This document shows, in pieces, positions 26,013-35,969 of a stretch of 53,085 nt of DNA. A program made the translations under genes and the position numbers. Within the stretch, counting starts at the first letter, position 1. Each line of letters starts with the position of its first letter. The DNA is from an uncultured Candidatus Saccharibacteria bacterium. Its GTDB lineage: Bacteria > Patescibacteriota > Minisyncoccia > Minisyncoccales > Staskawiczbacteraceae. A model generated the notes under the pieces. That model was not told where the DNA came from and did not search any database. It saw only the letters and a list, made by a program, of their open reading frames with translations. The stretch is from assembly GCA_964516865.1 (NCBI GenBank), contig CAZEXD010000001.1:1-53085 (forward strand), read 5' to 3'.

Positions 26013-27214
26013 TGAAAAAGAACATAGGCATTTTATTTTCATCTTCCCGTAAAATGGGAGTTTTCCAGTATGGATTAAGCATTGTTGAGGCATTAGTAAA
26101 TTTTACTGACAATTTTGATTTTACTATTTTATATTTTGATTTAGAAAACCCGAAAGATTTTTTAAAAGTTAAAAGTTTAGAAAAAGCAAAACTTGTTTCT
26201 TTAAATGGCAAGCAAAACAATTTTTTAGAAAAGATTAAATTTGCCTTAAATTGTTTTTTGGCAAAACCAGTATTTATAACCAATAAAAAAAACAAAGAGA
26301 TATTAAAGGAGGCAAAAATAGACCTTCTAATTATTCCTTTTCCGCTTTTGCTGGGCTTTGAAAACAAAATACCCTATATTGTTTCGGTTCCAGATATGAT
26401 GCACAGGTATTATTCTTATTTTTCCGAGTATTCTTTCAAAAATAGAATTATTCGTGATATAGTTTATAAAGTTGCAGTAAAACATTCAATTTTAACTATT
26501 GTTGATTCTCAGTGGGGGAGCAATGACTTGCAGAAATTTTACAAAACCCCAAAAGAAAAAATCCATATTGTCCCTTATTTGCCGCCAGGTTATGTTTGGC
26601 AATATAAAGATATGGATTTAATTGAGGCGACTAATTTGTTAAGAAAATATAATTTGCCTGAAAAATTTATTTTTTATCCAGCGCAATTCTGGGAGCATAA
26701 AAACCACTTAAATCTTATAAAATCAATAAAAATATTAGAAGAAAAATTTAAAGAAATTATTCCCTTAGTTTTAGTGGGTGACGAGAAAGCCAATTCTAAA
26801 AATTATAATAATATAATAAAGTTAGCAGAAAGATTAAATATAAAAAACAGAGTATGGCACTTAGGTTATGTTGAGGACAAAGAAATGGTGGCATTATATA
26901 AAAAAGCCATTGCTTTAGTTTTTCCTACCTTAATTGGTCCTACCAACATTCCGCCTTTGGAATCAATGGTTTTGGGTACTCCTGTTCTATGTTCCAATTT
27001 ATTTGCTATGCCAGAACAGGTTGGCGATGCTGGTATTCTTTTTGACCCCAAAAGCCCAGAAGATATGGCAGAGAAAATTTACAAGGTTTGGACAGATGAA
27101 GATTTAAGAAAGAAAATGATTGAAAAAGGATATCAAAAAGTAAAAAATCTTACATTTGAGAATTACGCTCAAATGTGGATTTCTGCAGTTAAAAAAGCAT
27201 TAAGTAATTTATGA
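26012..27214 (+). CDS. Family 4 (GT-B) glycosyltransferase
   Basis: C-terminal LVFPTLIGPTNIPPLESMVLGTPVLCSNLFAMPEQVGDAGILFDP; TAATG overlap with the upstream stop favours ATG 26012. Confidence 0.75.
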   Translation: MKKNIGILFSSSRKMGVFQYGLSIVEALVNFTDNFDFTILYFDLENPKDFLKVKSLEKAKLVSLNGKQNNFLEKIKFALNCFLAKPVFITNKKNKEILKEAKIDLLIIPFPLLLGFENKIPYIVSVPDMMHRYYSYFSEYSFKNRIIRDIVYKVAVKHSILTIVDSQWGSNDLQKFYKTPKEKIHIVPYLPPGYVWQYKDMDLIEATNLLRKYNLPEKFIFYPAQFWEHKNHLNLIKSIKILEEKFKEIIPLVLVGDEKANSKNYNNIIKLAERLNIKNRVWHLGYVEDKEMVALYKKAIALVFPTLIGPTNIPPLESMVLGTPVLCSNLFAMPEQVGDAGILFDPKSPEDMAEKIYKVWTDEDLRKKMIEKGYQKVKNLTFENYAQMWISAVKKALSNL

Positions 27215-27633
27215 CAAAAGAAACTGAAACAATAAAAGATAAAAAAGGCAATATTATTGCCATAATTATTTACAACGATTTTCATAAAGAAGGGACTAAT
27301 TTTTTCACTCCTTCTGATTTTTCCCAACAATTGGCTTTTATTTCAAGAAAAGCCGGTGAAAAAATTCCAGCCCATACTCATAATATTATCAAGAGAGATA
27401 TTTTTTATACCCAAGAAACTTTATTTATTAAAAAAGGAAAAATAAAAGTGAATTTTTACAATAACGATAAAAATTATTTTGACTCAAGAATTCTAAATGA
27501 AGGTAATACCATTCTTTTGGCGTCGGGTGGACACGGTTTTGAATTTTTAGAAGACAGCGAGTTAATAGAAATAAAACAAGGTCCCTATCTAAACGATGCT
27601 GACAAGGTTAGATTTAATGGTATTGAAAAATAA
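27211..27633 (+). CDS. Small cupin-fold sugar-nucleotide-modifying protein (WbuC / ketoisomerase-like), copy 1
   Basis: 140 aa; PAHTHN (HxH) and GGHGFEFLEDSELIEIKQGPY; paralogue of 30770..31183; ATGA overlap with the upstream gene. Confidence 0.5.
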   Translation: MTKETETIKDKKGNIIAIIIYNDFHKEGTNFFTPSDFSQQLAFISRKAGEKIPAHTHNIIKRDIFYTQETLFIKKGKIKVNFYNNDKNYFDSRILNEGNTILLASGGHGFEFLEDSELIEIKQGPYLNDADKVRFNGIEK

Positions 27634-27636
27634 AAT

Positions 27637-28758
27637 ATGATACCGGTGAATAAACCATTATTTATAAGCGATGAAAAAAAGTATTTAGCTGAATGTATTG
27701 ATTCTGGATGGATTTCATCTGAGGGTCCTTTTGTTAAAGAATTTGAAGAAAAATTCAGTAAATATGTTGGAAAAAAATATGGTGTTGCTGTTTCTTCGGG
27801 AACAGCGGCTTTGGAAGTGGCTGTCGGCGCTATTGGTTTAAAACCGGGAGAGGAAGTCATAATGCCAACTTTTACAATAATTTCTTGCGCTTTGGCTGTT
27901 GTAAATTACGGCGGAGTGCCAGTTTTTGTTGATTCAGAGCCAGATACCTGGAATATGGACCCAAACAAGATAGAAGAAAAAATTACCAAAAAAACAAAAG
28001 CGATAATGCCAGTTCATATTTATGGTCACTCTTGCGATATGGATAAGATTTTAAGAATTGCTAAAAAATATAAATTAAAAATTATTGAAGATGCGGCCGA
28101 AGCCCATGGTGCAGAATATAAAGGGGAAAAATGCGGTTCTTTTGGAGATATTTCCTGTTTTAGTTTTTACGCCAATAAAATAATTTCTTGCGGAGAAGGC
28201 GGAATGGTTTTGACTGACAATAAAAATTATTTTGAAAAAGCCAAAGATTTAAGAAATTTGGCTTTTGGCAAGAAAAAAAGATTTATTCACAAAGAACTTG
28301 CCAGAAATTATAGAATGACAAATTTACAGGCGGCAGTGGGAGTAGCCCAGCTTAAAAATATTGAAAAATTAATAAAAATAAAACGAAATAACGCAAAAAC
28401 CTATACAGAATTATTAAAAAACATTAAGGGATTGCAGTTGCCGGTAGAAAAAGATTATGCGAAAAATGTTTATTGGATGTACGGAATTGTTTTGGATAAA
28501 TCAACCGGTTTTACCGCCGAAACTTTTGCTGAAAAATTAGCAAAAAAAGGTATTCAAACAAGACCATTTTTTTATCCTTTACATCTGCAACCTTGCTTAC
28601 AAAAATTTATCAAAAAAACAAAAGAAAAATATCCAGTTGCTGAAAAATTGGCAAAACAAGGTCTTTATTTGCCCTCCGGTCTTGGCTTGAAAAAAGAGGA
28701 AATTGAGATAATATGTAGTATTATTAAAGAATTGTTAAAAAATGATAGACCTAACTAA
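27637..28758 (+). CDS. DegT/DnrJ/EryC1-family PLP aminotransferase, GDP-perosamine-synthase-like
   Basis: MIPVNKP...KYLAECIDSGWISSEGPFV..., SFYANKIISCGEGGMV (PLP Lys), YRMTNLQAAVGVAQL resemble Per/RfbE as I recall it; adjacent to gmd. Confidence 0.7.
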   Translation: MIPVNKPLFISDEKKYLAECIDSGWISSEGPFVKEFEEKFSKYVGKKYGVAVSSGTAALEVAVGAIGLKPGEEVIMPTFTIISCALAVVNYGGVPVFVDSEPDTWNMDPNKIEEKITKKTKAIMPVHIYGHSCDMDKILRIAKKYKLKIIEDAAEAHGAEYKGEKCGSFGDISCFSFYANKIISCGEGGMVLTDNKNYFEKAKDLRNLAFGKKKRFIHKELARNYRMTNLQAAVGVAQLKNIEKLIKIKRNNAKTYTELLKNIKGLQLPVEKDYAKNVYWMYGIVLDKSTGFTAETFAEKLAKKGIQTRPFFYPLHLQPCLQKFIKKTKEKYPVAEKLAKQGLYLPSGLGLKKEEIEIICSIIKELLKNDRPN

Positions 28759-29683
28759 AAAAAAGATTTTAATTACAGGAGCCAATGGTTTTGTGGGAAA
28801 GCATTTAGTTAAAAACTTGTTAGAAAAGAGAAAGGTTCCAAAAGAAAATCTATATTTGCCCACTATTGAAGAATTAGATTTAAGATATCGGGAAAATTGC
28901 CAAAAAGCCGTCAAAGGACAGGAGATAGTTATTCATTTGGCGGCAAAGGTTGGTGGTATTGGATTTAATTTAGAAAAACCCGGAGAGCTGTTTTATGATA
29001 ATTTGATAATGGGAGCTCATTTAATGGAAGCGGCAAGACAAGCCGGGGTGGAAAAATTTGTTTCAATAATAACAGTTTGCGCTTATCCAAAATTTACACC
29101 CGTTCCTTTTAAAGAAGAAAATCTCTGGAATGGTTATCCTGAAGAAACAAACGCTCCTTATGGTTTGGCAAAAAAAATGCTTTTGGTGCAAGGTCAGGCA
29201 TATAGAAAACAATATAATTTTAACGCAATTTCTCTTTTACCTCTGAATATGTATGGACCGGGAGATACTTTTGACCCGGAAAGGTCTCATGTGATAGCGG
29301 CGCTGATTAAAAAAGTTTACGAAGCAAAAAGAGATAAGAAAAACTTCATTGAGGTGTGGGGGACAGGTAAAGCGACCAGAGGATTTTTATATGTGGAAGA
29401 CGGCGCCGAAGGAATTTTGTTGGCAACAGAAAAATATGACAAGCCAGAACAGGTTAATCTGGGTTCTGATTTTGAAATATCAATAAAAGATTTGGCTGAA
29501 TTAATTTGTAAACTTATGGCTTTTAAAGGCGAAATCCGCTGGAACAAAACAAAACCGGATGGTCAGCCAAGAAGGTATTTAGATGTTTCCCGCGCCAAAA
29601 AAGAATTTGGTTTTGAGGCAAAGACAGATTTTGTTGAAGGATTAAGAAAGACAATTAAATGGTATGAAGAAAATCCTATTTAA
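28742..29683 (+). CDS. fcl: GDP-L-fucose synthase (GDP-4-keto-6-deoxymannose 3,5-epimerase/4-reductase)
   Basis: [44 protein letters not shown]; next to gmd. Confidence 0.8.
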   Translation: MIDLTKKKILITGANGFVGKHLVKNLLEKRKVPKENLYLPTIEELDLRYRENCQKAVKGQEIVIHLAAKVGGIGFNLEKPGELFYDNLIMGAHLMEAARQAGVEKFVSIITVCAYPKFTPVPFKEENLWNGYPEETNAPYGLAKKMLLVQGQAYRKQYNFNAISLLPLNMYGPGDTFDPERSHVIAALIKKVYEAKRDKKNFIEVWGTGKATRGFLYVEDGAEGILLATEKYDKPEQVNLGSDFEISIKDLAELICKLMAFKGEIRWNKTKPDGQPRRYLDVSRAKKEFGFEAKTDFVEGLRKTIKWYEENPI

Positions 29684-29715
29684 CTTTAATTACAATTAAA
29701 ATTAATTTATTAAAT

Positions 29716-30777
29716 ATGCCTATAAAAAAAGCATTAATAACCGGAGTTACGGGTCAAGACGGGTCTTATTTAGCAGAATTTTTAATTTCCAAAGGTTATG
29801 AGGTTCATGGAATTGTTCGTCGGGCGAGCACTTTTAACACTTCAAGGATAGACCATATTATTGTTGACGAACAACATACACCGGGCGCAAAGTTTTTCTT
29901 TCATTATGGCGATATGATTGATAGTACAACCTTAATTTCTTTGATTCAGAAAATTCAGCCAGATGAAATCTATAATTTAGCCGCCCAATCACATGTTAAA
30001 GTGTCCTTTGAAATACCTGAATACACAGCCAATGCTGACGCTTTAGGAACTCTGCGATTATTGGAAGCAATTCGGTTTTTGGGTTTGGCTGATAAAATAA
30101 AATTCTATCAGGCATCTACAAGCGAAATGTTTGGAAAAGCACCAGCACCCCAGTCAGAAAAAACTCCTTTTTATCCACGGAGTCCTTATGCGGCAGCGAA
30201 ACTTTATGCTCATTGGATAACAATAAATTATCGCGAGGCCTATAAAATTTTTGCTGTTAATGGCATACTTTTTAATCATGAAAGTCCAAGAAGGGGAGAA
30301 ACATTTGTAAGCAGAAAAATTACTCGAGGTATTGCTCGAATAAAAGCCGGTTTAGAGAAAAAAATTTATTTAGGGAATATTGACGCTAAGAGAGATTGGG
30401 GGTTTGCGCCTGAGTATTGCGAAGCAATGTATAAAATGCTTCAAGAGAATAAACCAGACGACTATGTAATTGCTACCAGAGAAACACACTCTGTTAAAGA
30501 ATTTTTGGAGGAAGCGTTTAAATATGCCGGACTTGGGGATTGGAAACAATATGTAGAAGTTGACCCTCGTTATTTAAGGCCAACGGAAGTGGAGGTTTTA
30601 GTTGGCGATGCTTCAAAAGCAAAAGAAAAACTTGACTGGGAACCAAAAATAAAATTTAAAGATTTAGTAAAGATAATGATAGACGCAGATTTTAGGAAAT
30701 TAAATTTAGTTCCGCCCGGCGAAGGGGATAAAATTTTAAAAGAAAAATTTCCCAATCGCTGGTGGATTATTGATTAA
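29716..30777 (+). CDS. gmd: GDP-mannose 4,6-dehydratase
   Basis: [85 protein letters not shown]. Confidence 0.9.
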   Translation: MPIKKALITGVTGQDGSYLAEFLISKGYEVHGIVRRASTFNTSRIDHIIVDEQHTPGAKFFFHYGDMIDSTTLISLIQKIQPDEIYNLAAQSHVKVSFEIPEYTANADALGTLRLLEAIRFLGLADKIKFYQASTSEMFGKAPAPQSEKTPFYPRSPYAAAKLYAHWITINYREAYKIFAVNGILFNHESPRRGETFVSRKITRGIARIKAGLEKKIYLGNIDAKRDWGFAPEYCEAMYKMLQENKPDDYVIATRETHSVKEFLEEAFKYAGLGDWKQYVEVDPRYLRPTEVEVLVGDASKAKEKLDWEPKIKFKDLVKIMIDADFRKLNLVPPGEGDKILKEKFPNRWWIID

Positions 30778-31183
30778 GATGAAAACTGAAAAAATAATAG
30801 ATAAAGATTTAACTTTGGCAATTATAATTAGAGACGCTGACTGGGAAGAAGGATTAAATTTTGCTTCAGCCGAGGAAGATTACCAACAAGTGGGATTTTG
30901 GAATTATAATAAAGGTCAAAAATTACAGGCACATTTGCATTTGATTGCGCCTCGGCAGGTATTAAAAACACAGGAGATTATTTTTGTAAAACAAGGAAAA
31001 ATGAGAGCTGATATTTATTCAGAAAAGGAAAAATTTTTACAATCAATTGAATTAAAAGCAGGGGATACCTGCATCTTCCTTAATGGCGGCCATGGTTATG
31101 AGATATTAGAAAACAATACAAAGGTTTTAGAAATTAAAAATGGTCCCTATATTGGTCCAGATAAAGACAGAAAAAGAATATAA
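30770..31183 (+). CDS. Small cupin-fold protein, copy 2 (paralogue of 27211..27633)
   Basis: QAHLHL (HxH), [24 protein letters not shown]; same length and motif spacing as copy 1. Confidence 0.5.
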   Translation: MIKMKTEKIIDKDLTLAIIIRDADWEEGLNFASAEEDYQQVGFWNYNKGQKLQAHLHLIAPRQVLKTQEIIFVKQGKMRADIYSEKEKFLQSIELKAGDTCIFLNGGHGYEILENNTKVLEIKNGPYIGPDKDRKRI

Positions 31184-31186
31184 TTT

Positions 31187-31903
31187 ATGATAAAATATTC
31201 TTTTAAAGATATTATAATTCATGGCATAGGAGGTCGCATTAAGCGAACTTATTTTAGAATATATGAATTATTTTTTCCAAAATTGAAAATAAATGAAGAA
31301 TTATTGAAAAAAATTATAAAAGATTATGATTTGGAAAGATTGACGCTTAAGCTCAAAGATAAATATAATAATCTTTCTTTAAAGGAGGGTGATAATGCAG
31401 AATATTTTAATAATATATTAACCTATAATTTTACTGATAAATATTTGCCGAATAATTATTTTTTTCTTTACCCGCCCAATGTAGCAGTAATAGATTTTCT
31501 TGTAAAAAACATAAACAAAGAAAGTATTATTATTGATTATGGATTTGGACTGGGAAATCTTGAAATTTATTTAAAAGAGATTGGATTTAAAAATGTTCTT
31601 TGTTATGATAATTATTCTCAAATAAGTAAAGAGACGATTATAAGTTATTTAAGAGATTTTAAAGCGGAAAATATCATTCTTTCAAAGGACCAGTGTTTAA
31701 AACTAAAAAATAAAGTAGCTATTTGTATATGTTATTTTTGGTCTAAATTAGAAAGGGAAATTATTGAAAAAGAAATCAATAACCAAGAATTAGAATATAT
31801 TTTATTGGATTATCATTATGCTCCAAGGCGTATTAAAAATTTTAAAATAGCAGGAATATATGATAATTTGTTAATAGTTTTTAAAAGAAATGAAAAAAAT
31901 TAA
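31187..31903 (+). CDS. Hypothetical protein, possibly methyltransferase-like Rossmann fold
   Basis: Only a weak motif I-like IIIDYGFGLGNLEIYLKEIGFKNVLCYDN; otherwise unrecognised. Confidence 0.3.
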   Translation: MIKYSFKDIIIHGIGGRIKRTYFRIYELFFPKLKINEELLKKIIKDYDLERLTLKLKDKYNNLSLKEGDNAEYFNNILTYNFTDKYLPNNYFFLYPPNVAVIDFLVKNINKESIIIDYGFGLGNLEIYLKEIGFKNVLCYDNYSQISKETIISYLRDFKAENIILSKDQCLKLKNKVAICICYFWSKLEREIIEKEINNQELEYILLDYHYAPRRIKNFKIAGIYDNLLIVFKRNEKN

Positions 31904-32984
31904 TCAAATAGAACCCTTAATAGAAGAAGAGGAGAAAAGAGCGATAAGGGAATATTTAGATTCGGGGGGTTGGCTTACTGAATTTAAAAAAACAAAGGAG
32001 TTTGAAGAGATTATCGCTGGTTATGTCGGCGCAAAATATGCGGTGGTAGTCAGCAATGGAACAGTAAGTTTGACTGCGGCTCTAATGGCTTTGGGAGTTG
32101 GCAGGGATAATGAAGTTATTGTTCCTGATTACACAATGATTGCTTCGGCCAATGCCGTTGTTTTAGCCGGAGCCAAGCCAATATTGGTTGATATAAAAAA
32201 AGAGGATTTATCTTTAGATTTAGATTTAGTTCAAAAAGCTATTACCTCAAAAACAAAAGGATTAATTTTAGTAAGCATTAATGGTAGATGCCCACGGGTA
32301 GAAGAGTTTGTTGATTTTTGCAGAAAAGAAAAATTATTTTTAATAGAAGACGCGGCTCAGTCGCTGGGTTCAAGGTATAAAGGCAGACATCTTGGAACAT
32401 TTGGAGATGCGGGAAGTTTTTCTTTTTCAATGCCCAAAATAATAACCACTGGTCAGGGCGGGGCAGTGGTTACCGATAATGAAGAGATATATAAAAAGAT
32501 ATTGAAAATAAAAGATTTTGGCAGGTCAAAAAGCGGGATAGATTATCATGAAATTATGGGCTATAATTTTAAATTCACTGATTTACAAGCGGTAATTGGT
32601 ATTGCTCAAATGAAAAAAATAGAATGGAGGGTTAAAAGAAAAAAAGAAATTTATAAATTATATTACAACTTGCTAAAAGATATTCCAGAAATTGAATTTA
32701 TTGAAACTAATTTAGAAGACACTCCTCCTTGGTTTATTGATATTTTAGTTCCGGCTGAAAAAAGAGAGTCTTTAATATCTTTTTTAAATGAAAATAATAT
32801 CGGCACCAGACCATTTTATCCAGCTATCCATACTCAGCCGCCCTATTCTTGGGTAAGGGGTGATTTTAAAAACTCAGATAATATATCAAAAAGAGGATTG
32901 TGGCTGCCTTCTTCTCTGTCTTTAAATGAAAATGACATTGAATATATTTGCAAATTGATAAAAGAATTTTTTATTAAAAAATGA
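31890..32984 (+). CDS. DegT-family PLP aminotransferase (second copy)
   Basis: VVVSNGTVSLTAALMALG, FSFSMPKIITTGQGGAVVTDN (PLP Lys), FKFTDLQAVIGIAQM. Confidence 0.8.
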   Translation: MKKINQIEPLIEEEEKRAIREYLDSGGWLTEFKKTKEFEEIIAGYVGAKYAVVVSNGTVSLTAALMALGVGRDNEVIVPDYTMIASANAVVLAGAKPILVDIKKEDLSLDLDLVQKAITSKTKGLILVSINGRCPRVEEFVDFCRKEKLFLIEDAAQSLGSRYKGRHLGTFGDAGSFSFSMPKIITTGQGGAVVTDNEEIYKKILKIKDFGRSKSGIDYHEIMGYNFKFTDLQAVIGIAQMKKIEWRVKRKKEIYKLYYNLLKDIPEIEFIETNLEDTPPWFIDILVPAEKRESLISFLNENNIGTRPFYPAIHTQPPYSWVRGDFKNSDNISKRGLWLPSSLSLNENDIEYICKLIKEFFIKK

Positions 32985-34039
32985 AAATACTTTTTATTGC
33001 TTGTAAATATGACTATGGAAAACCAGAGCTAGGTTTTAGTTTTGAATATTTTAATCTTTATGACGCTTTGGTAAAAATGGACAATAAAAACAATGAGGTT
33101 GTCTATTTTCCTTTTGATGAGATAGCAAGTCAAGTTGGTATAGAAAAAATGAATGAACGATTATTAGAAGTTGTAGAAAAAGAAAAACCTCAATTATGTT
33201 TATTTTTTCTTTTTGTGGAACAAATAAAAAAAGAAACCGTAAAAAAAATAACAGAAAAAGGATTTTTAACTATGAATTGGTTTGCCGATGATTTATGGAG
33301 ATTTTATAATTTTAGCAGATATTGGGCGCCATACTTTAACTGGGTTTCTACTGACCAGCCTTGTCGATTAAAAGATTATTATAAGATAGGATATAAAAAT
33401 GTTGTTATTGGAGGATGGGCATGCAATCACAATATTTATAAGCCCTTGAATTTACCTAAAATTTATGATGTTACTTTTGTCGGACAGCCCCACGGAAATC
33501 GAAAAAAAATTGTCGCTCAAATAAAAAAAGCCGGCATTAAGATTGAATGTTTTGGCCGCGGTTGGCCAAACGGAAAGGTTTCCCAGAAAGAAATGGTTAA
33601 AATTTTTTCACAAAGTAAAATAAATCTTAATTTTTCTAAATGCTCTGGCAGATTAACCCCAAGATATTTTGCCCAGATATTTTTAAGGAAAGAAGATAGA
33701 AAAATTAGATTAAATAATCCAAAATACTGGGTTCCAAACCTAAAATCAGTTTTAGCGCGGCGGCAAAAGGAAATAAAGGGAAGAATTTTTGAAATCCCCG
33801 GTTGTCGCGGATTTCTTTTAACCGATTATGCCCCCGGGTTGGAAAAATATTATGAAATTGGTAAGGAAATAGAGTGTTTCTATGATATTAAAGACCTGAT
33901 TGAAAAAATAAAATATTATTTAGAGCATGAAGAGGAACGAGAAAAAATTGCCTTTAATGGCTATAAGAGGACTTTTAGAGACCATACTTATGAAAAAAGA
34001 TTTAATGAAATATTTAAAATAATTGGTTTAATAAAATGA
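32981..34039 (+). CDS. CgeB-like glycosyltransferase (DUF3880 / Glyco_trans_1_2-like)
   Basis: C-terminal IFEIPGCRGFLLTDYAPGLEKYYEIGKEIECFYDIKDLIEKIKYYLEHEEEREKIAFNGYKR resembles the CgeB family. Confidence 0.5.
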   Translation: MKILFIACKYDYGKPELGFSFEYFNLYDALVKMDNKNNEVVYFPFDEIASQVGIEKMNERLLEVVEKEKPQLCLFFLFVEQIKKETVKKITEKGFLTMNWFADDLWRFYNFSRYWAPYFNWVSTDQPCRLKDYYKIGYKNVVIGGWACNHNIYKPLNLPKIYDVTFVGQPHGNRKKIVAQIKKAGIKIECFGRGWPNGKVSQKEMVKIFSQSKINLNFSKCSGRLTPRYFAQIFLRKEDRKIRLNNPKYWVPNLKSVLARRQKEIKGRIFEIPGCRGFLLTDYAPGLEKYYEIGKEIECFYDIKDLIEKIKYYLEHEEEREKIAFNGYKRTFRDHTYEKRFNEIFKIIGLIK

Positions 34040-34872
34040 AAAATTCTTTAGTTTCGGTTATTGTTCCCACTTACAACAGGGAAAAATATATTACTAAGGC
34101 GTTAGAAAGCATTTTTTCGCAGTCATATCAGAATTTTGAGGTTATTATCGTTGACGACGGCTCTACTGATAACACCAAAGAAGTTATAAAGCCTTATCTT
34201 AAAGACCAAAGGGTTAAATATCTTTTCCAAAAAAATCAAAGAGTAAGCAAAGCAAGAAACAATGGAATTAGAATAGCCAAAGGAGAATATATTGCTTTGT
34301 TGGACTCTGACGATTATTGGATTGACTCTAAAAAATTAGAGAAACAAGTTTCTTTTTTTGAAAAAAATCCTGATTATGTAATAACCAGCGGCGGAATCAT
34401 TAGAGTTAATGAATTTGGGGAAGAGATTTCCTGCGTTTTAAATCCAGAAAATGACAAAACCATTAGAGAGGGTATGCTTTTTTCCTGTCTTTTTGCTCCT
34501 TCGGCGGTTATGTTTAGAAAAAACGTTTGGGAAAAAATAGGCGGCTTTAATGAAAAATCTGATCTTTCTGAGGATTGGGAATTTTTTATGGAGGCCTGTA
34601 GATTGGGAAAAGGATATAATTTCCAAGATTATTTTGTGAGATATCTACAAGGCGGTCAAAACAGGTCTATTTTTAATCGCCGGCAAAATTTAAAGTATAA
34701 TCTAAAACTAATTGCAAAATATAAAAATATTTATCCTCACTATCCAAAAGCGCGAATTATTCATTGGTGTTATTATCTTTATTCTTTTATACCTTTTAAA
34801 AACCATTTACTTTTTCTTTTTTCAAAAATAAAAAGAATGGTTTTCGGAAAACCATTCTACCGAGAATCTTAA
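34036..34872 (+). CDS. Family 2 glycosyltransferase (paralogue of 15698..16579)
   Basis: VSVIVPTYNREKYITKALESIFSQSYQNFEVIIVDDGSTDNT, LLDSDD; shared WIDSKKLEKQVSFFEKNPDY block with the first GT2. Confidence 0.85.
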   Translation: MKNSLVSVIVPTYNREKYITKALESIFSQSYQNFEVIIVDDGSTDNTKEVIKPYLKDQRVKYLFQKNQRVSKARNNGIRIAKGEYIALLDSDDYWIDSKKLEKQVSFFEKNPDYVITSGGIIRVNEFGEEISCVLNPENDKTIREGMLFSCLFAPSAVMFRKNVWEKIGGFNEKSDLSEDWEFFMEACRLGKGYNFQDYFVRYLQGGQNRSIFNRRQNLKYNLKLIAKYKNIYPHYPKARIIHWCYYLYSFIPFKNHLLFLFSKIKRMVFGKPFYRES

Positions 34873-34879
34873 ATACCTC

Positions 34880-35899
34880 TTAATATAACGAATTAGTGAT
34901 TTCTTGAACAAGGGTGTCGGAGAAACATTTGGCTGAAAAAGGATAGATTTTATCGCTTTGAATAAAATTTTTTATAGCGTCCAGATAAGATAGATATTTT
35001 TTATCCGGCATACTTTTAATGTAATCGTAAAGTTCTTCATAATTTTTAAAATTTCTTTTATCAATAAAGGTATTTTCAGGAATATAATCAGTAATATTGG
35101 GTGCTCCCAAATAAATTGGCACACAGCCTCCAAAAAAACAATCAAATATTTTTTCGGTAATATAGTCGGGAAACTGGGCGTTTTCGTAACAAAGAGCAAA
35201 TTTGTAACTATCGTAAATTTCTTTTTTATTTTTTGCTGAACCGCGCCAGGAAGGAAAATTTGGTCTTAAAAGCTTGGCAAGAAATTTTAAGCGATTGAGA
35301 TGGAAAAATTTATCTTTAAAATAATGCCTGTCCCAACCTTCTCCATATAAATCAAAGTCACTGGGATGGTTTTTTTCAAACCATCTTATTGCCTTTATTC
35401 TTTCAGAATAGAGTTCTTTGGGATGGGATTGTAATTTATGGCTGAAAATTCCGACGCAAAGTTTATTTTTTTTGCTTAAATTAAAATCTATTGTTTCTGG
35501 TATTTTTTGGCTGTAGCTTAATCTAAAATATTTTTTGTTATCAACCAAACCTGTATTCCAGGTAAATATTTTTTCAAAATAGCGGTGATACTTTATTTCT
35601 TGGTTCCTTTCATTTTTTATAGGCGATTCGTAGATTATTAAAAATTTTTTTACATAAAGATGTTTTTTAATAATCTGATGTATTTTTCTAGGGATGTCTT
35701 GAAAAAGGAGAGCGTAATTTGTCTCTGTTTTTTTGAAGTAATCATAGGTATTTAAATCTATATTTTTTTCTAAAAACCTTTGTTTTAGAAGATGGTAAGG
35801 ATATAAAGCATTATCTCGATTGTTGTCGCTTTTTAAATTAAAAATATCATTTTTATAAAGAAATTTGGGACAAAGAAAGTATATTTTTGTTATTGGCAT
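34880..35899 (-). CDS. GT10-family alpha-1,3/4-fucosyltransferase-like protein
   Basis: FALCYENAQFPDYITEKIFDCFFGGCVPIYLGAP matches the GT10 signature (F.L.FEN...DY.TEK....G.VP...G); only minus-strand gene inside the locus. Confidence 0.7.
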   Translation of the reverse strand: MPITKIYFLCPKFLYKNDIFNLKSDNNRDNALYPYHLLKQRFLEKNIDLNTYDYFKKTETNYALLFQDIPRKIHQIIKKHLYVKKFLIIYESPIKNERNQEIKYHRYFEKIFTWNTGLVDNKKYFRLSYSQKIPETIDFNLSKKNKLCVGIFSHKLQSHPKELYSERIKAIRWFEKNHPSDFDLYGEGWDRHYFKDKFFHLNRLKFLAKLLRPNFPSWRGSAKNKKEIYDSYKFALCYENAQFPDYITEKIFDCFFGGCVPIYLGAPNITDYIPENTFIDKRNFKNYEELYDYIKSMPDKKYLSYLDAIKNFIQSDKIYPFSAKCFSDTLVQEITNSLY

Positions 35900-35934
35900 A
35901 TGATTTTTGAGATATTTTTTATTTTATTTTTATT

Positions 35935-35963
35935 TTGAAATTTAGTCAATTTTGTGTTAGATT
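35935..35963 (+). promoter_or_regulatory. Promoter-like TTGAAA - 17 nt - TGT-TAGATT, 6 nt before ATG 35970 (possible leaderless mRNA)
   Basis: Hexamers and spacing read directly; chance occurrence in AT-rich DNA cannot be excluded. Confidence 0.3.
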
Positions 35964-35969
35964 CAAAAT

